This document shows, piece after piece, positions 49,668 to 59,482 of a stretch of DNA of 64,000 nt; the stretch's first letter is position 1, and each line of letters starts with the position of its first letter. Under the pieces are notes generated by a model, which saw nothing but the letters and a program-made list of their open reading frames with translations, was not told the origin of the DNA and did no database searches. Origin of the DNA: Actinomycetota bacterium (GTDB lineage: Bacteria; Actinomycetota; Acidimicrobiia; Spongiisociales; UBA11373); assembly GCA_043810615.1 (NCBI GenBank), contig JBDROA010000092.1, positions 3,235-67,234 on the forward strand, in the 5' to 3' direction. A program made the translations under genes and the position numbers.

Positions 49668-50102
49668 ATGGACCCCAGCGACGAGGCCGGGCGGCACCCC
49701 CGCGAGAAGTCGGCGGACTCCGAGACCGACGCCACCCTCACCTACAATCCGGTGGACGAGGTTCGGCGCATCCGGGCCCGGGAGGCTGCGGCCGGCATCC
49801 CGGGCCTCGAAGGCTTCGCCCTGGTGGTAACCGAAGGGCCCCTGCGGGGCGCCCACTGGCATCTCGACGACGGCGTGCACGAGGCCGGGCGCAACACCGC
49901 GGCTACGGTGTTCCTCGACGACATCACGGTCTCACGCCACCATGCGGCCTTCCACGTCGAGGGACGGCGCTTCCTGCTTCGCGACCTGGGGTCCACAAAC
50001 GGGACCTACGTCAACGGCAAACTGGCCGAGGAGGCGGAGTTGAGCCCCGGCGACGAGGTGATCATCGGCCGGTTCCACCTCGTTGTGGCGCGCGGGGCAT
50101 GA
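49668..50102 (+). CDS. garA: FHA-domain protein (GarA/OdhI-like)
   Basis: N-terminal phospho-Thr region (SETDATLTY) plus an FHA domain (GRNTAATVFLDDITVSRHHAAFHVEG...LRDLGSTNGTYVNG). Follows gcvH as in mycobacteria. Confidence 0.85.
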   Translation: MDPSDEAGRHPREKSADSETDATLTYNPVDEVRRIRAREAAAGIPGLEGFALVVTEGPLRGAHWHLDDGVHEAGRNTAATVFLDDITVSRHHAAFHVEGRRFLLRDLGSTNGTYVNGKLAEEAELSPGDEVIIGRFHLVVARGA

Positions 50103-50794
50103 GCGAGCGCCGTGCCCTGGCCATAGGCGAGGTGATCGACCTCCTCCAGGAGGAGTTCCCGGATGTGAGCATCTCCAAGCTGCGCTTCCTGGAGACCCAG
50201 GGCCTGGTCCGGCCCGTGCGCAGCCCGTCCGGCTACCGGCAGTTCCGAGCCCCCGACGTCGAGCGCATCCGCTACATCCTCCGGCAGCAGCGTGACCACT
50301 TCCTGCCGCTGAAGGTGATCAAGTCCAAGCTGGCCGCCTGGGAGCGGGGGGAGGAGCCCACCGTCTCCCCGGCGTCGGGCCCCCTTCCCGAGGCCTACTT
50401 CGCCGGAGGGAAGGCGCGCATGTCGGCCGACGAACTCGCCCGCGCCGCCGGCGTACCCCTGGATCTGGTGCACCGCCTGGTGGAGCACGGGGTGCTCGAC
50501 CGGCGCCCCGGGCCCGGGGGCGAACTGCAGTTCGGCGAGAACGACGCCGCCGTCTCCCGCGCCGCCCAGCGCCTGGTCTCCCGGGGCCTGGAGCCGCGCC
50601 ACGTGAAGTCGTTGTGCCTCGCTTCCCACCGCGAGGTGGACCTGCTCTCCCAGTTGGCCGGGCCGCTCCTGCGGCACCGCACCCCCGCCGGGCGCCGTCA
50701 GGCAGCCGAGGTCCTCGCCGACTGCGCCCAGGCGGCGCGTGACCTGCAGGACGCCGTGGTGCGGTCCCGGCTCCGGGACCTGCTGGAGGGCTGA
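50099..50794 (+). CDS. MerR-family transcriptional regulator
   Basis: ATGA overlap with garA. N-terminal MerR HTH (LAIGEVIDLLQEEFPDVSISKLRFLETQGLVRP) with a second HTH-like repeat later. Confidence 0.75.
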   Translation: MSERRALAIGEVIDLLQEEFPDVSISKLRFLETQGLVRPVRSPSGYRQFRAPDVERIRYILRQQRDHFLPLKVIKSKLAAWERGEEPTVSPASGPLPEAYFAGGKARMSADELARAAGVPLDLVHRLVEHGVLDRRPGPGGELQFGENDAAVSRAAQRLVSRGLEPRHVKSLCLASHREVDLLSQLAGPLLRHRTPAGRRQAAEVLADCAQAARDLQDAVVRSRLRDLLEG

Positions 50795-50797
50795 GCC

Positions 50798-51853
50798 TTG
50801 CCCGGCGTCGCCGCTCTCGTGTTGTCGCTGGGGTTGCCTTTGGCGTCGCTGGCCCCACTAGGCCCATCCCTGCCCCCGTTGCCCATCGCCGCCTTTCCGG
50901 ACCACGAGCCGCCGGTGCTGTCGTCCCGGTCCTGGGCGCTGTACTCGGTGGACGAGGCCGCCCTCGTCTGGGCGGCGGGCGCCGATGAGGTCCGAGCCCC
51001 GGCCTCGGTCACCAAGGTGATGACCGCCCTGGTAGTGGTGGAACAGGGTGTGGAACCCGGCGAGGAGGTCACAATCAGCGCCCGGGCGGCAAGCGAGCCG
51101 ATCGGGTACGCGGGCCAGCAGAAGGTCTACGAAGGCGAGGTGTGGACCGTCGAGGCGCTGCTGGCCGACCTGCTGGTCTACTCCGACAATGGGGCCGCCG
51201 TCGCCCTCGCCGAGCACACCGCCGGGTCGGTCCAGGCCTTCGTCGACTTGATGAACCACAAGGCCGTCACCCTGGGAATGACGAGCACCCGCTTCGAGAA
51301 CCCCAACGGCCTCGACGAGGAAGGGCACGTCTCATCGGCCCGGGATCTCATCCGGCTGGGGACGGCGGCCATACAGGAGCCCCGCATCACCCGCATTACC
51401 CGCCTCAAGTTCGTGAGCTTCAACCCGGGCGGGCGCGTCATGGACGTCCGCAACACCAATCGGCTCCTCGGGACCTTCCCCGGGGTGCTCGGCTTGAAGA
51501 CGGGCGATACCGCCGCCGCCGGGGAGGTACTGCTCTCCTACGCCACGCTGGCGCACGAGGACTTCCTCGGTGCGGTAATGGGGTCCACCGACCACATGAG
51601 CGACACCGCCGATCTGCTGGCCTATGCCGGGCGGGTCCTGGGGCCTCAGGACCACTTCTACGCCGCAGGCTCTCACCTGGACGAACTGGCGGAGTGGCCG
51701 GCCTGGAGGCGGACCCGCCTGGCCGCCGCCGGGCCCCTGGACGACGGGAAGCGCCCGGACGCCCCGGTGCCGCTGAGCCCCGCCCAGCAGGACCTGGCCG
51801 CCGCCCTGCGCGACTTGCTGCCCGCCCTGCTCGGGGGAGACGCCGAGTCATGA
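50798..51853 (+). CDS. D-alanyl-D-alanine carboxypeptidase (S11 penicillin-binding protein, DacB-like)
   Basis: TTG start, signal peptide, SVTK (SxxK), SDN, KTG motifs. Confidence 0.8.
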   Translation: MPGVAALVLSLGLPLASLAPLGPSLPPLPIAAFPDHEPPVLSSRSWALYSVDEAALVWAAGADEVRAPASVTKVMTALVVVEQGVEPGEEVTISARAASEPIGYAGQQKVYEGEVWTVEALLADLLVYSDNGAAVALAEHTAGSVQAFVDLMNHKAVTLGMTSTRFENPNGLDEEGHVSSARDLIRLGTAAIQEPRITRITRLKFVSFNPGGRVMDVRNTNRLLGTFPGVLGLKTGDTAAAGEVLLSYATLAHEDFLGAVMGSTDHMSDTADLLAYAGRVLGPQDHFYAAGSHLDELAEWPAWRRTRLAAAGPLDDGKRPDAPVPLSPAQQDLAAALRDLLPALLGGDAES

Positions 51854-52452
51854 CCGGGGGAGAGCGGCCGGCGGGGGTGATCGCCGAGGTGGTGTCGGCC
51901 GCCGCCATCGCCGCTCGCATCACCGAGATGGGCGCTGCCATCCGGGCCGACTACGCCGGCCGCGAGCCCGTGCTGCTGGGGGTGCTCCAAGGAGCCGTAC
52001 CGTTCCTGGCCGACCTCAGCCGGCAGCTCCCGCCCCGTCTCGACATCGACTTCCTCAGCCTGACGCGCTTCGGGTCGGAGGGCCGGGTGGGCATCGCCGT
52101 GGACAGCGCCACTTCCATCGCCGGCCGCCACGTGCTGCTGATCGAGGACATCGTCGACACCGGCCTCACCCTCTCCTACCTTCTCGGCCTCCTCGAGACC
52201 CGGGACCCGGCCTCCCTGGCCACCGCCACCCTCCTCGACAAGCGGACCCGTCGGATCGTCGACGTCCCGCTTCGCTACCGCGGCTTCGAGGTCGGCGACG
52301 AGTTCCTGCTCGGCTACGGCCTCGACTGGGAGGGGCGCTACCGCAACCTCCCCGGCCTCTGGGCGGTTCTCGACCTGGCCGCCTTTCGCCTCAACCCGGA
52401 GATGGCCACCCGCGGCCTTTACGGCGGGGCCGGTGATAAGGTGATCGCATGA
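51850..52452 (+). CDS. hpt: Hypoxanthine phosphoribosyltransferase
   Basis: ATGA overlap. PRPP-binding VLLIEDIVDTGLT; 200 aa. Confidence 0.85.
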   Translation: MTGGERPAGVIAEVVSAAAIAARITEMGAAIRADYAGREPVLLGVLQGAVPFLADLSRQLPPRLDIDFLSLTRFGSEGRVGIAVDSATSIAGRHVLLIEDIVDTGLTLSYLLGLLETRDPASLATATLLDKRTRRIVDVPLRYRGFEVGDEFLLGYGLDWEGRYRNLPGLWAVLDLAAFRLNPEMATRGLYGGAGDKVIA

Positions 52453-52937
52453 GCGACGGCGTGCCGGTGGAGCTGGTCGGGGTGCGGATCGAGCTCCCCA
52501 GCAACCAGCCGATCGTGCTCCTCAAGGAGGTCGAGGGGACGCGCTACCTGCCCATTTGGATCGGGGCGGGGGAGGCCACCGCCATTGCCTTCGCCCTGGA
52601 GGGGGTGCGGCCGCAGCGCCCCCTGACCCACGACCTGCTGAAGCTCTCCGTGGAGGCCCTCGACGCCACAGTGCAGCGGGTGGTGGTCACCGAGATGCGC
52701 GAGGGCATCTACTACGCCAACCTCGTGCTGGCCCGTGAGGGCGAGGAGATCACTGTCTCCTCCCGGCCCTCCGATGCCCTCGCCCTGGCCGCCCGCACCG
52801 GCTCGCCCATCTTCGTATCCCCGCAGGTCCTCGAAGAGTCCGGGGTGGAGATCCGCGACGAGGAGGAAGAGGACGAGGTGGCTCGCTTCCGCAACTTCCT
52901 CGATAGCGTCAAGCCCGAGGATTTCGAGTCGGCCTGA
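52449..52937 (+). CDS. Bifunctional nuclease family protein (DUF151/BFN domain)
   Basis: ATGA overlap. PIVLLKEVEGTRYLPIWIGAGEATAIA...; acidic C-terminus; same position as the mycobacterial Rv1829-type gene. Confidence 0.8.
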   Translation: MSDGVPVELVGVRIELPSNQPIVLLKEVEGTRYLPIWIGAGEATAIAFALEGVRPQRPLTHDLLKLSVEALDATVQRVVVTEMREGIYYANLVLAREGEEITVSSRPSDALALAARTGSPIFVSPQVLEESGVEIRDEEEEDEVARFRNFLDSVKPEDFESA

Positions 52938-53027
52938 GGGCGGCCTCGCCCCTGGTCGGGTCCGCCGCCGGGGCCCCTGCCCACGACCGGGCTTCGGCCG
53001 TCGTCGGCGAGTTCTCCACAGGGGTTG

Positions 53028-53056
53028 TTGACAACCCGGGGGCCCGGCTCTAGTTT
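53028..53056 (+). promoter_or_regulatory. SigmaA-like promoter TTGACA-N17-TAGTTT upstream of merR gene
   Basis: -35 TTGACA at 53028-33 inside the near-palindrome GGGTTGTTGACAACCC; 17-nt spacer; -10 TAGTTT at 53051-56; predicted TSS near 53063; gene GTG at 53109 with GGGGAGG RBS. Confidence 0.4.
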
Positions 53057-53108
53057 CACAGCCGTAGTTCCATGGATCGGAATTGCGCATGTGTAAGCTC
53101 GCGGGGAG

Positions 53109-53585
53109 GTGAGCCACGCCGTGAGGGACGAACAGGGCTATCGGGCCCCACAGGTCTGCAAGATCGTCGGGATCACGTATCGCCAGCTCGACTACTGGGC
53201 GCGCACCGGGCTGCTGGAGCCCAGCATCCGGGCCGCGGCCGGTTCGGGCTCGCAACGCCTCTACGCCTTCCCGGACATCGTGCAGCTCCGGGTGGTGAAA
53301 CGCCTCCTCGACGCCGGCATGAGCCTGAAGCGGATCCGCCAGGCCATGCGCATCCTCTCCGATCAGCTCCACAGCGAGCGGCCCCTCGCCGACGTCACCC
53401 TGCTCTCCGACGGCTCCACCATCTATGCCGCCCATAGCGCCGACGAGGTAGTCGACGTGTTCCGCCGCGGCCAGGGGGTCTTCGGAATCGCCGTAGGTCC
53501 GGTGCTCGAGGAGCTCGAAGGGGAGCTGCATCGGCTGTTCCCCGAGCCCCGGCCGCTCGAAGTCACCGTGCCCATCGAAGCGTGA
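53109..53585 (+). CDS. MerR-family transcriptional regulator
   Basis: QVCKIVGITYRQLDYWARTGLLEPS MerR HTH; 158 aa. Confidence 0.8.
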   Translation: MSHAVRDEQGYRAPQVCKIVGITYRQLDYWARTGLLEPSIRAAAGSGSQRLYAFPDIVQLRVVKRLLDAGMSLKRIRQAMRILSDQLHSERPLADVTLLSDGSTIYAAHSADEVVDVFRRGQGVFGIAVGPVLEELEGELHRLFPEPRPLEVTVPIEA

Positions 53586-54028
53586 CCCGTCTCACCGCCA
53601 TCGACGAGTTCGCCTCCCCGGCCGACGCCGTGGACTTCGCCCACCAGAGCGAGAAGCAGTTCGCCCGGCTCCTCGACTTCTATGGGATCGACTGGCAGTA
53701 CGAGCCCCGCTCCTTCCCCGTCGAATTCGATGCCGAGAGCAACCCCACGGGCTACTTCACCCCCGATTTCTACCTCCCCGACGAGGACGTGTTCATCGAG
53801 ATCACCACGATGAACCAGAAGCTGGTCACCAAGAAGAACCGCAAAGTGCGGCTGCTGCGAGCCCGTTACCCCGAGGTGCGCTGCAAGATCTTCTACCAGC
53901 GGGACTACCTCCACCTGATCGTGAAGTACGGCCTCGAAGCGGCAGAGGTCGAGGGGGAACCCGCACTGCCGACCCGCCTGCCCGGTCCTCCGCAGGTGGT
54001 CAACCTCGGCGCTGCCGAGACCGGATGA
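53582..54028 (+). CDS. Hypothetical protein (148 aa)
   Basis: GTGA overlap with the merR gene. No recognised motif (FTPDFYLPDEDVFIEITTMNQKLVTKKNRKVRLL...). Confidence 0.5.
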   Translation: MTRLTAIDEFASPADAVDFAHQSEKQFARLLDFYGIDWQYEPRSFPVEFDAESNPTGYFTPDFYLPDEDVFIEITTMNQKLVTKKNRKVRLLRARYPEVRCKIFYQRDYLHLIVKYGLEAAEVEGEPALPTRLPGPPQVVNLGAAETG

Positions 54029-54198
54029 CCCGGACCGCCGGCGAGAGAGCGGCGAGGGCCCGGCGCTAGGCTGGGCCCGGTGATCGTCGGCCGTTCCTTC
54101 CGGCTTTCCCCCGGAGCGCACGCCCAGCACGGCGTCCTCCCGACTGGGGGCGCGGCTTGCGGCGATACGGCCTCCGGCATACCCGCTCGGGGGACTTA

Positions 54199-55533
54199 GT
54201 GGACTTCACCCCGCACACTCCCGCCGACATCGAGCGGATGCTGGCCGCCCTGGGCCACAACGCCGTCGAGGACCTGTTCGCCCACCTCCCGCCGGAGTCC
54301 CGGCCGCAGCGAGACCTCGACCTTCCCGAGCCCATGGCCGAGGTCGAGGTCATGCGGCACCTCTCCGGCCTCGCGGCGCGCAACGTTTCGGACCTGGTGT
54401 GCTTCGCCGGCGGGGGGGTGTACGACCACTACTTGCCGCCGACGGTGAGGGCCCTGACCTTGCGGCCCGAGTTCGTCACCTCCTACACCCCGTACCAGGC
54501 TGAGGTGTCGCAGGGGGTGCTGCAGGCCCTCTACGAGTATCAGTCGATGGTGGCGGCCATCACCGGCCTGCCGGTGGCCAACGCCTCCCTCTACGACGGG
54601 GCCACCGCTGCCCTCGAAGCGGTGAACCTGGCGGTGGGGGCGACGGGCCGACGCACCGTGTGGGTCTCTCGGGGGCTGTCCCCGCGGGCCCGGGAAGTGC
54701 TGGCCACCTGCGCCCCGGCCCGGGACCTGGCCGTCGTGGAGCACCCCCTGGCCGAGGGCCGCACCGTGTGGAAGCCCGATGCTGGTCCCGAACCGGCACT
54801 GCTGCTGCTGGCCCAGCCCAACTACCTGGGGGTAGTGGAGGACTACGACACCGCGGTCGGCCTGGCCCGGGCCAAGGGCGCCCTGGCCGCGGCCTCCGTG
54901 GACCCCATGCTCCTGGGGGTGCTTCGCTCCCCGGGTGCCGCCGGCTGCGACATCGCCCTGGGGGATGCTCAGCCTCTGGGCACGCCGCTCTCTTTCGGGG
55001 GTCCGGGCCTGGGCCTCTTTGCCACCAGTGCCGCCCTCATGCGCCGGGTCCCGGGGCGCCTCGTGGGCCGCACCCTGGACGAGGACGGACGGGTCGCCTA
55101 CACCCTCACCCTGCGCACCCGCGAGCAGGATATCCGCCGTGAGAAGGCCTCCTCCAACATCTGCACCAACCAGGGCCTCAACGCCGTCGCGGCGGCCGTG
55201 CATCTGGCCTGGCTGGGCCCCGGTGGGCTGGCCGAGGCCGGCCGCCAGAGCGTCCACAAGGCCCACTACCTGGCCGAAAGACTCGGCCGAATCGCCGGGG
55301 TGCGCCTGGCCGTGGCCGCTCCGTTCGCCCGCGAGTTCGCCATTGAGTTGCCCGCCGAGCCCGTGCCGGTGGTGGCGGCCATGGCGGAGAGCGGCTACCT
55401 GGCCGGAATCCCGCTCTCGGCGGACTACCCCGAACTGCCCCGCAGCCTCCTGGTGGCGGTAACGGAGAAGCGCAGCCGCACAGAGTTGGATGGTTTCGCC
55501 GCGGCCCTCGAGGAGGTTCTCCGCATTGCCTGA
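54199..55533 (+). CDS. gcvPA: Glycine dehydrogenase (decarboxylating) subunit 1
   Basis: GTG 54199 gives VDFTPHTPADIERMLAALG..., the canonical GcvPA N-terminus. TSYTPYQAEVSQG motif; 444 aa. Confidence 0.9.
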   Translation: MDFTPHTPADIERMLAALGHNAVEDLFAHLPPESRPQRDLDLPEPMAEVEVMRHLSGLAARNVSDLVCFAGGGVYDHYLPPTVRALTLRPEFVTSYTPYQAEVSQGVLQALYEYQSMVAAITGLPVANASLYDGATAALEAVNLAVGATGRRTVWVSRGLSPRAREVLATCAPARDLAVVEHPLAEGRTVWKPDAGPEPALLLLAQPNYLGVVEDYDTAVGLARAKGALAAASVDPMLLGVLRSPGAAGCDIALGDAQPLGTPLSFGGPGLGLFATSAALMRRVPGRLVGRTLDEDGRVAYTLTLRTREQDIRREKASSNICTNQGLNAVAAAVHLAWLGPGGLAEAGRQSVHKAHYLAERLGRIAGVRLAVAAPFAREFAIELPAEPVPVVAAMAESGYLAGIPLSADYPELPRSLLVAVTEKRSRTELDGFAAALEEVLRIA

Positions 55534-57019
55534 GCCGGGCGGGCGAGCCGCCTCTTCCCCTCTGGTCGGCGGAGCCGCCGAGCCCACCCTGGCGGCGTTG
55601 TCGGCGTCGGGCCGGAAGGCCTGGTCGTTCCCCGCCCTCGACGTGCCCGAAGCCGGATTCGACCTGCCGGAGAGCGCCCCGACGCCCCCGCCGCTGCCGG
55701 AGGTGAGCGAACGCGACCTGGTGGCTCACTTCACGCGCCTGGCCCACCGCAGCTTCGCCGTAGACCTCGGGGCCTACCCCCTCGGCTCGTGCACCATGAA
55801 GTACAACCCCAAGGTCTGCGACTGGGTGGCCGAGCTGCCCGGGTTCCGCGACCTGCATCCCGCCACCCCGCTGGCCCTGACCCAGGGCGCCCTGGCGGTG
55901 CTGGTAGAGGCTGAGCGGGTGCTCTGCGAGCTCACCGGCATGGCCCGGGCCACTTTCCAGCCCCCGGCGGGGGCGGCCGGCGAGCTCACCGGGTTGCTCA
56001 TCGCGCGGGCCTACCACGCCGCCCGCGGCAACCCGCGTTCCCGGATCATCATCCCCGACTCGGCCCACGGCACCAACCCGGCCTCGGTCAGCCTGGCCGG
56101 GTACCAGGCCGTCCCCGTGCCCAGCAACACGCGCGGTATGGTGGACCTCGAGGCCCTCCGCCGCCTGGTAGACGGTGAAGTCGCCGGCCTCATGCTGACC
56201 AACCCGAACACCCTGGGTCTGTTCGAGGAGGAGATCGTCGAGCTCGCCGCGGTGATCCACGCCGCCGGCGGCCTCGTCTACTACGACGGCGCGAACCTCA
56301 ATGCCATCCTGGGCATCGCCCGCCCCGGCGACATGGGGTTCGACATCGTCCACTCCAACCTCCACAAGACCTTCGCCACGCCGCACGGGGGAGGCGGTCC
56401 CGGGGCGGGCCCGGTGGCGGTGGTGGAGCCCCTGGTGCCCTACCTCCCCGGCCCCGTCCCCCAAGCCCAGGCCGACGGCACCCTGGGCTGGGGGATGCCG
56501 GCGGCTTCCATCGGCCGGGTGCACGGCGGCTACGGCAACTTCCTCGTCGTGGTGCGGGCCCTGGCCTACATGCGAGCCCTGGGCGGGCCGGGCTTGCGGC
56601 GGGTGGCGGAGCGCTCGGTCCTCAACGCCCGCTACCTCGAGTCGCTGATCGCCGCCGAGTACGACATTCCCTACCGCGAGCCGTGCATGCACGAGTTCGT
56701 CGCCTCGGCTGCTCGCCTGAAGCGGGAGACGGGGGTCCGGGCGGCGGATGTCGCCAAGGCCCTGCTGGACCTCGGCTTTCACGCTCCCACCATGTACTTC
56801 CCGCTCATTGTCGAAGAAGCGCTCATGATCGAGCCGACCGAGACCGAGTCGCCCGAGACCGTCGAGGCCCTCGCCGCCGCGCTCCTCGCCATCGCCCGAA
56901 GGGCCCGGGAGGACCCCACCGGCGTCCACCAGCACCCGCGGACTACCCCAGTGCGGCGGCCCGACGACGCCCGGGCGGCCCGCCATCCGGTGCTGACCTG
57001 GTTCATGGAAGCACCGTGA
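55526..57019 (+). CDS. gcvPB: Glycine dehydrogenase (decarboxylating) subunit 2
   Basis: TTG 55526 with AGGAGG 8 nt upstream, inside the gcvPA 3' end. PLP-Lys region SNLHKTF; ~497 aa. Confidence 0.9.
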   Translation: MPEPGGRAASSPLVGGAAEPTLAALSASGRKAWSFPALDVPEAGFDLPESAPTPPPLPEVSERDLVAHFTRLAHRSFAVDLGAYPLGSCTMKYNPKVCDWVAELPGFRDLHPATPLALTQGALAVLVEAERVLCELTGMARATFQPPAGAAGELTGLLIARAYHAARGNPRSRIIIPDSAHGTNPASVSLAGYQAVPVPSNTRGMVDLEALRRLVDGEVAGLMLTNPNTLGLFEEEIVELAAVIHAAGGLVYYDGANLNAILGIARPGDMGFDIVHSNLHKTFATPHGGGGPGAGPVAVVEPLVPYLPGPVPQAQADGTLGWGMPAASIGRVHGGYGNFLVVVRALAYMRALGGPGLRRVAERSVLNARYLESLIAAEYDIPYREPCMHEFVASAARLKRETGVRAADVAKALLDLGFHAPTMYFPLIVEEALMIEPTETESPETVEALAAALLAIARRAREDPTGVHQHPRTTPVRRPDDARAARHPVLTWFMEAP

Positions 57020-57762
57020 AGCCGGCCATGGGGATCGACGTCGGGGGCTCGGGCATCAAGGGTGCCGTGGTCGACCCGGCCACCGGGGAACTGCTCACCA
57101 CACGCTTGCGGATGGCGACCCCACGGCCGGCGACGCCCAAGGCCGTGGCCCGAGCGGCAGCCCGCCTGGTCGCCCGCGCCGGGTGGACGGGGCCCCTCGG
57201 CTGCACCGTCCCCGGGGTGGTGCGGAACGGCGTGGTCCACACCGCCGCCAACATCGCCCAGGCCTGGGTGGGCACCGACGCTGCCGGCCTCATCGCCGGG
57301 GCCACGGGCCTGCCCACCATCGTGGTCAACGACGCCGACGGCGCCGGCGTTGCCGAGATGCGGGTCGGGGCGGGCCGGAAGCGTCAGGGCGTGGTGCTGC
57401 TCCTCACGTTCGGCACGGGCATCGGCAGCGCGCTGTTCGTGGACGGCCGCCTCGTCCCCAACACCGAACTGGGGCACCTCGTCATGTGGGGAACGAGCGC
57501 TGAGGCGAAAGCTGCCGCTCAGGCCAAGACCCGGGAGGACCTGACCTGGGCGAAGTGGGCCCGTCGGGTGGACAAGTACTTCGCCTATGTCGAGAGCCTC
57601 TTCTGGCCGGACCTGCTGATCGTGGGCGGGGGGGTGAGCCGGGACCACCACAAGTGGGTCCCGCTGCTGCACACCCGCGCCGAGATCGTGCCCGCCCGCT
57701 TCCGCAATAGCGCCGGCATCGTGGGAGCCGCGCTGCTGGCGGCGGGGGACCAAGCGGCCTGA
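57016..57762 (+). CDS. ppgK: ROK-family polyphosphate/ATP glucokinase
   Basis: GTGA overlap with gcv[18 protein letters not shown]-terminal ATPase motif; 248 aa. Confidence 0.8.
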   Translation: MKPAMGIDVGGSGIKGAVVDPATGELLTTRLRMATPRPATPKAVARAAARLVARAGWTGPLGCTVPGVVRNGVVHTAANIAQAWVGTDAAGLIAGATGLPTIVVNDADGAGVAEMRVGAGRKRQGVVLLLTFGTGIGSALFVDGRLVPNTELGHLVMWGTSAEAKAAAQAKTREDLTWAKWARRVDKYFAYVESLFWPDLLIVGGGVSRDHHKWVPLLHTRAEIVPARFRNSAGIVGAALLAAGDQAA

Positions 57763-57847
57763 GCCCCCGCGACGAGCCTTGGGCTCGGTCGGGCTGGCAG
57801 GACGCTGCCGCCACACCAGGAGGGAAGAGGCGGAAGGGGCCGAGCGA

Positions 57848-58884
57848 TCAGGCCGCCGGGTAGCCGGCCAGCACTCGCTCGCGCACCTCACCGCGGGTGG
57901 CGGGGTCGCAGAAGGCACCCTCGACAGCCCGCAGGGTCACCGTCCGCAGGTCGTCGATGGAGAAGCCGTGGTGCTCCACCGCCAGGGCGAACTCGGCCGT
58001 CATCGAGGTTCGGCTCATGAGCCGGTTGTCGGGGTTGAGGGTGACGGCGAAGCCGGCGCGCTGCAGCACGCCCACCGGATGCTGCCCCACACTGGGGAAG
58101 GCGCCGGTGTGCACGTTCGATGAGGGGCAGACCTCGAGAGGGGTCCCGCGGGCATGCACCTGGCCGGCCACCGCCCCCATGCCCACTACCCGGCCGTCGC
58201 GCACGGTCAGGTCTTCCACCAGCCGCACCCCATGGCCGAGGCGCTCTGCCCCACAGCCCAGGGCTTCGGCGATGCTATCCACCCCGGCCCCTTCTCCGGC
58301 GTGCAGGGTGAGGCGTAGTCCGCTCGCCGCCGCCTCCCGGCAGGCGGCGCGATGGCGCGAGGCGGGGAAGCCGGCCTCCGGCCCTGCCAGGTCGAACCCC
58401 ACGACCCCGCTCCCGGCGAAACCTGCAGCGACCGCGGCCACCCGGGCCGCGTCGTCGTCCTGGCGCATGGCGCACACGATCACGAAGGCGGGGATGCCGG
58501 TCAGCCGCCCTCCGGCGGTGCATCCGGCGAGCACGGCGTCGATCACCTGCTCGGGGGTAAGACCCATGCGCAGGTGGAGCATGGGAGCGAAGCGCAGTTC
58601 GGCGTACACCGCCCCGTCGGCGGCCAGGTCCACGACGGCCTCCCGGGCCACCCGCGCCAGCGCCTCGGCCGTCTGCATCACGGCGAGGGTCTGGCCGAAC
58701 GCCTCCAGGTAGCGCTCCAGGGTGGCCGACTCTCCCTGAAAGAACCATCGGCTCAGAGCCGCGGGATCGGTCTCGGGCAGCCCCGCATAGCCCTGTTCCC
58801 GGGCCAATTCCAGGATGGTCACGGGGCGGAGCCCGCCGTCGAGGTGGTCGTGGAGCACCACCTTGGGAAGCCGCTCCAGCATCG
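57848..58884 (-). CDS. add: Adenosine deaminase
   Basis: LPKVVLHDHLDG (zinc His pair), ...LHAGE..., SLNTDD-like TLNPDN; 345 aa from ATG 58884. Confidence 0.85.
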
Positions 58885-58917
58885 CCCGGTCCATGCTGGG
58901 CAGAGTAGCGGCCGGCC

Positions 58918-59400
58918 TCACTCCGGAGCCAGCCACCACCGCCGCTCCACCCCCACCTCCCCGAAGAGGTCCGCCTCGATGACCTCCCCCGGGACGAAAC
59001 CCTGAGCCTCCAGATACCCCTCGACCGGGCAACATCCGAGCAGGACGTCGGCGCTCACCGGGAGTCCGGGGGAGAGGCGGCGCACCTCCTCCAGGAGGTG
59101 GGCCGCGACCCGGGCCTGACGCCAATCGGGGTCGGTCCCCAAGGCTTTGAGGCGCACCTGGTCGGTCTCGATCGCGGCGTCGGCGAACCCCACCACTCGT
59201 CCCTGCTCCACCGCCACCAGTACCCCGCCCGAGAGCAGCCGGCGGCGAACGGCACCGGGGGAGAAGTCGCGGCGCAGGAGCGACGAGATGGTACCGGGGT
59301 CGAGGAGGCCCGAGTAGGCGTCCCAATGCGCCGCGTCCGCCACCCTCCCGATGCCGACGAGGTCGTCCCTGGCCGCCTTGCGCACCTCCACTCTCCCCAA
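58918..59400 (-). CDS. GNAT-family N-acetyltransferase
   Basis: 160 aa; acetyl-CoA-binding-like segment (VAVEQGRVVGFADAAI...RQARVAAHLLEEV). Confidence 0.65.
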   Translation of the reverse strand: MGRVEVRKAARDDLVGIGRVADAAHWDAYSGLLDPGTISSLLRRDFSPGAVRRRLLSGGVLVAVEQGRVVGFADAAIETDQVRLKALGTDPDWRQARVAAHLLEEVRRLSPGLPVSADVLLGCCPVEGYLEAQGFVPGEVIEADLFGEVGVERRWWLAPE

Positions 59401-59482
59401 CCTACACCCCGGTGAGCCTGGTGGGGCCTGCGCGCTGCGGGTGGCCGTCCCCTACACTGTGAGGAGCAGGTCGAGGGGAGGG

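Noticed and set aside
54029-54198. Possible glycine riboswitch in the 170-nt leader of gcvPA
   Set aside because: I could not find the conserved glycine-aptamer cores (GGAGAG...CUCUGGAGAG...ACCGAAGGGGCAA) in either orientation. An Infernal/Rfam (RF00504) scan would be decisive; without it I do not call one.
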